This document shows positions 20,297 to 28,038 of a stretch of DNA of 64,000 nucleotides, in pieces. Source of the DNA: Candidatus Babeliales bacterium (GTDB lineage: Bacteria > Babelota > Babeliae > Babelales > JACPOV01). How positions within the stretch are numbered: the first letter of the stretch is position 1; each line of letters starts with the position of its first letter. The translations under genes were made by a program, and so were the position numbers. The notes under the pieces were generated by a model. The model worked only from the letters and a program-made list of their open reading frames with translations. It made no database searches and was not told the origin of the DNA. The DNA lies in NCBI GenBank assembly GCA_050250855.1, contig JBFWNW010000002.1, positions 128,001 through 192,000 on the forward strand, in the 5' to 3' direction.

Positions 20297-20745
20297 AAAT
20301 TATTGCACAAAATAAAAAAGCATTTCATGATTATTCTATGGTTGATACCTTAGAAGCAGGTATTGTACTGAGCGGTGACGAAGTAAAATCTATTCGCGCC
20401 GGCCATGTTTCTTTGGTTGGTTCATATGCAACCATTCATCAAGGAGAGCTTTTTTTACTCAATTGCAACATTTCTGCTTATAAACAAGCTTTTGAAAAGC
20501 GTGATGATTTAGCAACGCGCAGCAGAAAGCTGCTTATCCACAAACATGAGCTTGATAAAATTACCGGCCAAATTGCCCAAAAAGGCATTACGGTTGTTCC
20601 TTTAAAAATTTACTTGAATGAAAAAGGCCGCATTAAGGTTGAGCTTGGTATAGCTAAACATAAAAATGCTCCTGACAAAAAGAAGGCGCTCAAAGAGCGC
20701 GATATTAAACGAGAAACTTCTCGCGAACTTAAAAAATTCAGGTAA
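20293..20745 (+). CDS. smpB: SsrA-binding protein
   Basis: IAQNKKAFHDY, EAGIVLSGDEVKSIR, RSRKLLIHK; adjacent to tmRNA. Confidence 0.97.
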   Translation: MKIIAQNKKAFHDYSMVDTLEAGIVLSGDEVKSIRAGHVSLVGSYATIHQGELFLLNCNISAYKQAFEKRDDLATRSRKLLIHKHELDKITGQIAQKGITVVPLKIYLNEKGRIKVELGIAKHKNAPDKKKALKERDIKRETSRELKKFR

Positions 20746-20867
20746 AATCTACTATGCGCTCATCCCGAGTGATTTTGATGAAATCAAAATTGTATCGAGG
20801 GATAAAGGTCTTGACATTAAGCCTATTTTTTGTTACTATTTGAATAGAAAAATCATTGAAATTTCCT

Positions 20868-21245
20868 GGGGGCGTCAAGGCTTCGACGTGCTCTTGATAG
20901 CTCAGAAAGCATGCCAAGTTTCGGCTGAGAACTTGTAAAAAAGCAGTCAAAATAATAAATGCAAACCAATTTGGTTTCACTCCAGCTGTAAATGACGCTG
21001 TTTGGGCGTAATTTAAGTTAGAGCTGGTCACAATGCGTTTCTGCCCGTTGCGTGACTCGTATAATAATCGGTAGGACTTTTCTTGCGAGGGTCTCCAGCA
21101 GTGTAGCAAGGATCGTATCACGGAGCTGGTTCTTACACTAATCTGTGTTTTTGAGGTAGTGTATGAATAGAATCAAAAACTAAGCATGTAGCGTTTTGAG
21201 TTTGATATTGTGCGGACATGGGTTCGATTCCCATCGCCTCCACCA
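20868..21245 (+). ncRNA. ssrA: tmRNA; tag ORF 20961-21011 = (A)ANQFGFTPAVNDAVWA*
   Basis: 5' GGGGGCG pairs with 3' CGCCTCC-ACCA (G3.U wobble); T-arm ATGGG-TTCGATT-CCCAT; ATAAAT-GCA resume context; directly follows smpB. Confidence 0.95.
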
Positions 21246-21413
21246 GTCTACGCTTATCCGGGTCTTCCGACTCGGCAAGCTTCGACTGGCGCGGCCAGTT
21301 TTTTAAAGGATTGATAAAAATTATTTTTGGCAAGAGGAAGCGAAAGCTGCCCGGCATGGCCAGTAGCTGAGAAATTTTATATTTTTTATAGATTTTAGTA
21401 CAAAACAAATATT

Positions 21414-21446
21414 CCGTTTCGCCTGAGTTTATCGAAGGCGTAAACG
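21414..21446. repeat. REP-like palindrome, degenerate single copy
   Basis: CCGTTTCGCCTGAGTTTATCGAAGGCGTAAACG resembles the family consensus CCGTTCGCCCTGAGCTTGTCGAAGGGTGCGAACG. Confidence 0.7.
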
Positions 21447-21449
21447 TCT

Positions 21450-22028
21450 TTATCCATACCACCAACTGTAAAAATAGTGCCTTGCAAGTAATCCTAATCC
21501 AAACCAACAGGCATTGTACATAATATTCGTAGAACTACTCTGCTTTGCTTCTTGACCGAATATTTGACGAACAGCATTACGAATATTGTCTGGTGTTTTT
21601 TCTTTTAGATTGTTAAGTTTTTGTGTTAAATCAGTTATTAAAAGTTCTCGTGCTTTTTCTTCGCCAGAGCCAATCAGCTGCGCAAGCCCTTCAGGATAAT
21701 TTGCTTTATGCAAAGCCTCTTCTAAAATTCCTTTGTGTGAAATAGCCTTTTTGAACTCTTCAATATCTTTGTTAGAAAAGACATTAGTTTTTACCCCTTG
21801 CAAAAAAAGCTCTACAAATGCAGCTTCATACTCAGATTGTTGCATGCTTGCTGGTAAATTTCTTTGCCATTCTGTTACGAGCGTGCTGAAATTGGTACGC
21901 GTATTTTCTTCTGCCGTATTTTCTGTATGCAAATAACTATCATTCAGCGTTAAAATAGTTTGTTTTTGCATGCTATGTATATATACAGAAGTAATACAAA
22001 ATAGCATGCAAACAGTATGTTTAATCAT
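21450..22028 (-). CDS. Hypothetical exported protein with hydrophobic C-terminal tail
   Basis: Signal peptide ending IHS|MQK; tail YNACWFGLGLLARHYFYSWWYG. Confidence 0.65.
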   Translation of the reverse strand: MIKHTVCMLFCITSVYIHSMQKQTILTLNDSYLHTENTAEENTRTNFSTLVTEWQRNLPASMQQSEYEAAFVELFLQGVKTNVFSNKDIEEFKKAISHKGILEEALHKANYPEGLAQLIGSGEEKARELLITDLTQKLNNLKEKTPDNIRNAVRQIFGQEAKQSSSTNIMYNACWFGLGLLARHYFYSWWYG

Positions 22029-22034
22029 TACGCG

Positions 22035-22778
22035 TTAAGCACAATCAGATTTTTTAGGCCAAAGCAAATTAGTAAGATATGAAGCGCTTGCAGTAAATGG
22101 CGTTGTAACATAGCTGCTGATGCTTTCCCAGCTTGATGAAGCATCAGTATTCAAGTGATGTGCCGCTGCATATTCTTCTAATTTTTCTTTAATGCTATCG
22201 GGTATATGGTTTGAGTTTTCAAGGAGTTTAATAATGAGCTTTTCAATTTTTTGTTTGATGAATGGTGGAAGGTTTTCTATTTTTTCATGGAAATCTTCAA
22301 TTTTCTGGCCAATTTCTGTTTCTGTTAACTGTGCAATGCGCATTTCTATGCGTTTGCGGATAAACTCTCTGAATTTATTGATTAAGTCAATTTCAACATC
22401 GCCAATGAGTTCTACTAATGCTTCTTCAAGATCTGTTTTTTCAAGGATACTTTCTAGAGCACCTTTATTGAAGATACGGCGCAAATATTTAGTTTCTCTG
22501 GTATGAAAATCATGTTCAATAGCAGCAATTAAATAAACAAAAAACTGCTCTTCATACTCAAGCTGTGAAACTGTTTTTCCACGTAAACTTTCTGTCCATC
22601 TTTCAAGCGCTGCATATACTAAACCAAGTTCTTCACTGACATGCTCCGGTTTGTGTGCTGCAAGATAGCCGCCATCTATAGTTATTTTTGTGCTTTCAGA
22701 TTTTTTTGCTTTTGTTTCAGCTTCTTGGCACAGGATGCCATTTGTTATAATAAAAGCGAATATATAATATTTTTTCAT
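22035..22778 (-). CDS. Hypothetical exported helical protein
   Basis: Signal peptide MKKYYIFAFIITNGILC; acidic helical body; GGAG SD. Confidence 0.65.
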   Translation of the reverse strand: MKKYYIFAFIITNGILCQEAETKAKKSESTKITIDGGYLAAHKPEHVSEELGLVYAALERWTESLRGKTVSQLEYEEQFFVYLIAAIEHDFHTRETKYLRRIFNKGALESILEKTDLEEALVELIGDVEIDLINKFREFIRKRIEMRIAQLTETEIGQKIEDFHEKIENLPPFIKQKIEKLIIKLLENSNHIPDSIKEKLEEYAAAHHLNTDASSSWESISSYVTTPFTASASYLTNLLWPKKSDCA

Positions 22779-22867
22779 AAAACTTTCTCCTTAATTTTTA
22801 TGTCAAAAATAGTTCGTTACCACTCTAATATTCATAATTAGTATATGTCAAGATTAGGGTTAATAAC

Positions 22868-22894
22868 AAAAAAGGGCCCCTTAAGGACCCTTTT
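22868..22894. terminator. Intrinsic terminator
   Basis: AAAAAAGGGCCCC-ttaa-GGACCCTTTT, downstream of 22921-23370 (-). Confidence 0.65.
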
Positions 22895-22920
22895 GATTTT
22901 AGAGTTTTATCATGTAGTAT

Positions 22921-23370
22921 TTAAGGCTTTTTTGTAAAAAAGTTGAAAGGATTTATATCTATATTGAAATAGTTGGTAGTAAGCCAGCCTAGACCAAAAA
23001 ATGCTGAAATGCCAGCTGACCAGGTCAATGTTCGTCTGCTTGGTATTAAATCTTGTTTGCCAGGAAGTTTGCTGGCTATTTTTGAGAGGCATGAATTTTC
23101 TTGGTTTTCCTTTTTTACAAATTGACTAAGACGATCTGGATGAAGGTTATTCAAGAGGCTTGCATCTATAGCTGCAGGAAGGTTTTCAGTTGGTAGAAGA
23201 CCCAGTTTTTGAAAAGCTTGTATAGTGTGCGGATTTAATTCCATAGATTGGCTACCTAGTGTCATGGTAACGTTTTGAACTTCAAGTTTTGGAGTTTGAT
23301 TCTCCTGAGCCGTTACTACCCCACTTGCTAAAGCAACTACAATGCAAACTATGCGACGTGTATATTTCAT
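22921..23370 (-). CDS. Hypothetical exported protein with C-terminal TM-like segment
   Basis: MKYTRRIVCIVVALASGVVTA|QE after a GAGGA SD; tail RRTLTWSAGISAFFGLGWLTTNYF...KKP. Confidence 0.65.
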   Translation of the reverse strand: MKYTRRIVCIVVALASGVVTAQENQTPKLEVQNVTMTLGSQSMELNPHTIQAFQKLGLLPTENLPAAIDASLLNNLHPDRLSQFVKKENQENSCLSKIASKLPGKQDLIPSRRTLTWSAGISAFFGLGWLTTNYFNIDINPFNFFTKKP

Positions 23371-23459
23371 AATTAGGTCCTCTTTTTTAAACATTAAACA
23401 TAAAATGCCAGTCACATTCTAGTACGTAATAATCAGTTTTGTCAAAAAAATAGAACTAT

Positions 23460-23906
23460 TTAATCAAGAAATGTTGATTTTATCCACCAGCAAAGGCCTA
23501 TGAGGGATGCAGTAAACCCTGCTGTTAGTGCATGTGATCTCCAGCCAGGTTTAAACCAGTAGTAATGCGCATTGTATGATTGCACAAAGTTAGTAACATT
23601 ATGATCTAGCTTTGCAACATGTTTTAGCTTTAGATAATTAAGTTCTGTTTGTAAAAAATCTTTTGTATATGCATTACCAAATTTTGTTAATCTAGTATCA
23701 AGGCTAATGTATTGCTGTTTTTTAAGAAATTCATTTTGTTGTTTAAAGAAATCTTGTAATACATTATTATTGAGAGACTGATGCTCTTTTTTTGTTAACC
23801 TTTGTTGTTCCAGAGGATCTATTTCTTTTTTTAAAGGTTTTTGCATTGCCCCTAATGGCGCATAAGAACAGCTGAGTGCAATAAAGAGTGCCCAAATATA
23901 TACCAT
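23460..23906 (-). CDS. Hypothetical exported protein with C-terminal TM-like segment
   Basis: Signal ending LGA|MQK; tail WRSHALTAGFTASLIGLCWWIKSTFLD. Confidence 0.65.
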   Translation of the reverse strand: MVYIWALFIALSCSYAPLGAMQKPLKKEIDPLEQQRLTKKEHQSLNNNVLQDFFKQQNEFLKKQQYISLDTRLTKFGNAYTKDFLQTELNYLKLKHVAKLDHNVTNFVQSYNAHYYWFKPGWRSHALTAGFTASLIGLCWWIKSTFLD

Positions 23907-24016
23907 AAATATTCCTTACTTATATAACTATTGTTAAAAACTTTATACAAATTGTAGGCTTTCATAAAACTTTGTCAATTACATAGTAGTATGCAAAAAT
24001 GGGACACTTTTTAGTT

Positions 24017-24210
24017 GCCGTCCGAATACTTCGACCCATTCGACAGGATCTCAGACTTCGCATAAAAGCTGCGTCGGGCACGGCAGGGCAGGCAAGCTAA
24101 ATGGCCTTTAGTCCCGAGCAGCTGCAAAGCTGGCGAGGGGTCAGTACGAACGGCCTAAAGTGGTATTTTCTTTTCCGTTCGCCCTGAGCGAACGAAGTGA
24201 ATCGAAGGGT
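24017..24210. repeat. Composite nested REP-like element (inverted pair)
   Basis: GCCGTCCG...CGAACGGC arm (24017-24154) with internal inserts, then CCGTTCGCCCTGAGC...TCGAAGGGT (24175-24210). Confidence 0.8.
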
Positions 24211-24225
24211 AAAAAAAGGAGTTAG

Positions 24226-25236
24226 TTGATGAAGATAGTATTTTTTGAATTGAACGAACAGTTTCATGATTCATTAAAACAAGCATTCCCGCATGATGAA
24301 CTATTATTTTTCGCAAATCCACTGCCGGAAAAAATACCAAATACTATAAAAGATGCAGATGTTCTTTCCATATTTATTTGTTCACAAGTTGATGCTGCAA
24401 TTTTGCAACAATTTTCCAAGCTTTCATTCATTGCCGTGCGTGCAACGGGCTATAATAATGTTGATATTAAAGTAGCACAAAAACGCGGTATTAAAGTATG
24501 CAATGTACCTTATTATGCAAGCCAAACGGTTGGAGAATTCACCTTTGCACTTTTGCTGAGTTTATCGCGCAAAATTAATCGCGCATATTATCATGTTGTT
24601 TACGAGCGGTCTTTTTCTATGGATTCATTACAAGGCTTTGACCTTGAAGGTAAAACGTTAGGCGTTGTAGGAACTGGCAATATTGGCAAACAGGTAATTC
24701 GTATTGCCAAAGCATTTGCCATGAACATTATTGCCTGCGATGCAAGGCCAGATACAGCGTATGCACAGCAGATGGGTTTTGCCTATTGCTCGTATCAAGA
24801 ATTATGCGCGCAAGCAGATATCATTACCTTTCATGTACCGCTCATAAAAGAAACAAAACATATGTTTAATAAAGAAACATTACCGTGGCTAAAAAAAGGC
24901 ATTTATATTATAAATACGGCGCGTGGTGGCATTATTCAAACAGATGCACTAGTGCAAGGGCTTGAGCAAGGTATTATTGCAGGCGCCGGGCTTGATGTTG
25001 TAGAAGAAGAATGTTACATGCGTAATCCAGCAGCAGTGCTTACGCACCATGCAGATGCGCATGAATATAAGGTTATGCTAGAGAATGATTATTTAATACA
25101 TCATCCGCGTGTTATTATAACGCCGCATATAGCATTTAATTCTAGAGAAGCGGTTGAGCGTTTAATTAAAACGACGATTGAAAATATTAAAGGGTGGCAC
25201 GCTGGTACGCCATGCAATCTTATTAATGAACAGTAA
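24226..25236 (+). CDS. D-lactate dehydrogenase-like D-2-hydroxyacid dehydrogenase
   Basis: RATGYNNVD, GVVGTGNIG, INTARGG, GLDVVEEE, ITPHIAF. Confidence 0.9.
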   Translation: MMKIVFFELNEQFHDSLKQAFPHDELLFFANPLPEKIPNTIKDADVLSIFICSQVDAAILQQFSKLSFIAVRATGYNNVDIKVAQKRGIKVCNVPYYASQTVGEFTFALLLSLSRKINRAYYHVVYERSFSMDSLQGFDLEGKTLGVVGTGNIGKQVIRIAKAFAMNIIACDARPDTAYAQQMGFAYCSYQELCAQADIITFHVPLIKETKHMFNKETLPWLKKGIYIINTARGGIIQTDALVQGLEQGIIAGAGLDVVEEECYMRNPAAVLTHHADAHEYKVMLENDYLIHHPRVIITPHIAFNSREAVERLIKTTIENIKGWHAGTPCNLINEQ

Positions 25237-25237
25237 A

Positions 25238-25269
25238 CAAAAGAGGGACCCGGAGAGGATCCCTTTTTG
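25238..25269. terminator. Bidirectional terminator between convergent genes
   Basis: CAAAAGAGGGA-CCCGGAGAGGA-TCCCTTTTTG. Confidence 0.65.
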
Positions 25270-25287
25270 TAAAAAATCTAATTAAAA

Positions 25288-26295
25288 TTAATTATTAAAT
25301 ACGTAAGCTTTGAGCAAATAAGCAGTTCCAAGGAATGCACCGAGGCCAAAAGTATACATAGCTTTTTTGCCTGGTCTAGTAAATGAGATAGTGATTTTGT
25401 TTGAATCTGTTATAGGTTGCATGCTTTGCTTATCTTGATCAGACGTTTCTGATTTTCTAACGATTACTACATTGAGTTTTTTTTCTACTTGATTTGCAAA
25501 TTCAGTAAGAGCTTGGTTTTCTGTACCGCCCAAATGAGCGTTAGTTACTTTTGGAAGAATAGTATTAAAGAGGTCCATGACTCTTGGATCGACTTGACCA
25601 AGATCATTTTGGCCTTGATTTTTCAAAACGCTTGTTAACCATCTATTTTTTTGTTCACTAAGAACATTTTCTTCATTGCTAAGCGCGCACTCTTGATATA
25701 GATTTTTATAATATTCATCAATATCGCCAGTGAGATTTTGATTTACTAGGGGGTAGTTAGTAGATTTTCCTGTGGCATGCGCTAAAACTTCTAGTTCAGC
25801 GACAGATCTAATATCTTTGAATCCAGCGATGGAGCCCGGGTTTTTTATTTCTTTTTCAACTGCTCTTCTCGTTTGTTCATTAAGTATTTCAAGAAGAATG
25901 TAATTGGTAGGTGTATCTTCTATTTGCTGGCCTCTTAGGAATTGATCTATAGCCAATTCATTTTGTTTTTTGAGTCTTTCTGCAAAATTGCTTAGTAATG
26001 TAGCAACAGCACCTTGTTCAATAAAATAATTGTTTTCTTCCTCTCGATTTATTACAAAATCTTTTTGAGGATCAAGTGATAAAAGCGCTTGGGCACATTC
26101 TGCAGAGACGGAAAATTGTACCGGAAGACCTTGTGTTTCTGTAAAATCTGGTACTTGATCGTCATTACTTTGGTGACTGTTTTGGTTATCTTGATGACGA
26201 CTGTCTCCGCTACCAATGCTTTGGAAATCTTCCATAGCACTCAGGTTGCCACTCAGTAAAAGCGCGGTAAGTATAAGGGAAAGTAGATTTTTCAT
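25288..26295 (-). CDS. Hypothetical exported protein with C-terminal TM-like segment
   Basis: Signal ending LSA|MED; tail RPGKKAMYTFGLGAFLGTAYLLKAYVFNN. Confidence 0.7.
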   Translation of the reverse strand: MKNLLSLILTALLLSGNLSAMEDFQSIGSGDSRHQDNQNSHQSNDDQVPDFTETQGLPVQFSVSAECAQALLSLDPQKDFVINREEENNYFIEQGAVATLLSNFAERLKKQNELAIDQFLRGQQIEDTPTNYILLEILNEQTRRAVEKEIKNPGSIAGFKDIRSVAELEVLAHATGKSTNYPLVNQNLTGDIDEYYKNLYQECALSNEENVLSEQKNRWLTSVLKNQGQNDLGQVDPRVMDLFNTILPKVTNAHLGGTENQALTEFANQVEKKLNVVIVRKSETSDQDKQSMQPITDSNKITISFTRPGKKAMYTFGLGAFLGTAYLLKAYVFNN

Positions 26296-26456
26296 AAAAT
26301 TCCTTCTTTTTTTATTAATTTTTTTTCATGGGAAACGACTGCCATATTTTAGTACATATTCATGTATATTGTCAAAATTAAAAAATGGTTGCAAATTATC
26401 AGAGGTGGTATATTTTTTTGTATATAATCTAAGGGCTTATCCATAAATTATTAATT

Positions 26457-26616
26457 TCGTTCGAATGCTTCGACAGGCTCAGCACGAACGACTCTAGGGT
26501 AAGCATTTTAACTCCGTTCGCCCTGACCCCTCGTCAGCTTTGCAGCTGCTCGGGACTAAAGGCAATTCGAGGGGAGCCTGCCCTGAGCTTGTCGAATGGG
26601 TCGAAGGGTGCGAACG
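26457..26616. repeat. Composite nested REP-like element (inverted pair)
   Basis: Left arm TCGTTCGAATGCTTCGACAGGCTCAGCACGAACGA; right arm 26514-26616 with two nested inserts; 26523-26563 is the reverse complement of 24104-24144 (40/41 identical). Confidence 0.85.
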
Positions 26617-26667
26617 CAGAATATGTTTTTTTGGGTCTATGGATAAGCACTAAAAAAAAGGATTTTT

Positions 26668-28029
26668 ATGAATAACAAAACATTATCATTATTTTTAATA
26701 CTATTTTTTTCTATTCATGCAGATGAGCGGGTTAATCTTATTGAATCAATGTTTGTGACAAAGAATGTACTTTCTATCCGTGCCTGCAAAGAGCTACGAG
26801 ATCTCTTTTTAATACAAGATTTTATTGTTGAATATAATGATCCTGAAATTGATTTGCGTCAATTGCCCTATTCTGTAATTACGCTTCCTTTTGTAATGCA
26901 TATGCTCCCTATTGTATGGCAAATGGATAAAACCTATGTGGTGGAAAGTATTGATGCGGATTTGTATGCATGCTTGCCATCGCTCAAAAAAGTTTTTAGA
27001 CTTTTTTACCAAAAAATTAATTGGCAAGGTTCATTAGAAGCGCGTGAAATTATTAAAAATTCCTATAAAGATTCTCCTTTGTATGCGCAGAATGCACGTT
27101 CCGTTATTATTCCTTTTAGTGGTGGCGTTGATTCTGTCTATAACTCTTTAGTGAATCTTGATAAAAAGCAGCATCTTGTTTCCATCTGTGGTGGCGATGT
27201 GCCAACAGGTATGCCAGAATTAGTTGTATCCTTCAAACAACATTGCCAAGACTATGCAGAGCGCTATAATTTGCCGTGGAGTGTTATTCGTTCAAATTTT
27301 GCGGGCATTTATAATGATGCACATGCCGTGAATCATTCAATTATTTGGACGTTAGTAACGCAAGGATTGAGCTACACAAGCCTCATGCTTCCTTTAATGA
27401 TTGCCAAAGGGATACCATTTTGCTTACTTGGTTCTGCAAGTGTTGCAGAGCATCCATGGCCGTATGGCAGTCATCCTTTAATTGAGCATACGTTATGTGC
27501 TGCAGGCTGCTATTCATTCCATTTTGGTGGTGAATTAACGCGATCGCAAAAGTTAGCAGCTATTAATGAAATCTGCCAAGTGCGCAATATACAAAAACCT
27601 GAGCTCAGAATCTGTTGGTCAAAAATACTTGAACAAAAAAATTGCGGCATATGCCCTAATAAATGTTTAATTACCATGCTGTGTCTTTTAGTGGAAGGAT
27701 ATAGCTATGAAGAATTTGGTTTATTCTTGCCGCATGCAGAACTTTTTGAACGCATAAAAAATACGTTACTAGAACATCCTCTTGACCATGACACCATTTT
27801 TAAGTGGGGTGTAATTCAAAAAAGAATTGCTTTTCTTGAACCAAAAAAGATACCTTATCAAGAAGATGTACAAGAGTTTTTATCATGGTTTAAAAATCTT
27901 GATCTATGCGCATTACGTGATAAAAAACTTGAAAATACCTATGCGCCCAACGTAAAAGAAGTTTTTGCTTCTTTATGGAACGCGAGTATGGAAGTAGCGC
28001 ATAAACGCTTTAATGCACTGTTTTCATAA
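26668..28029 (+). CDS. PP-loop (adenine nucleotide alpha-hydrolase-like) protein with Cys cluster and signal peptide
   Basis: PFSGGVDS; LRICW...NCGICPNKC; N-terminus MNNKTLSLFLILFFSIHA|DE. Confidence 0.6.
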   Translation: MNNKTLSLFLILFFSIHADERVNLIESMFVTKNVLSIRACKELRDLFLIQDFIVEYNDPEIDLRQLPYSVITLPFVMHMLPIVWQMDKTYVVESIDADLYACLPSLKKVFRLFYQKINWQGSLEAREIIKNSYKDSPLYAQNARSVIIPFSGGVDSVYNSLVNLDKKQHLVSICGGDVPTGMPELVVSFKQHCQDYAERYNLPWSVIRSNFAGIYNDAHAVNHSIIWTLVTQGLSYTSLMLPLMIAKGIPFCLLGSASVAEHPWPYGSHPLIEHTLCAAGCYSFHFGGELTRSQKLAAINEICQVRNIQKPELRICWSKILEQKNCGICPNKCLITMLCLLVEGYSYEEFGLFLPHAELFERIKNTLLEHPLDHDTIFKWGVIQKRIAFLEPKKIPYQEDVQEFLSWFKNLDLCALRDKKLENTYAPNVKEVFASLWNASMEVAHKRFNALFS

Positions 28030-28038
28030 AATAAGGAT

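Noticed and set aside
20666..21507. ORFs 20666-20938, 20738-21121 and 21133-21507
   Set aside because: They overlap the tmRNA and repeats; spurious.
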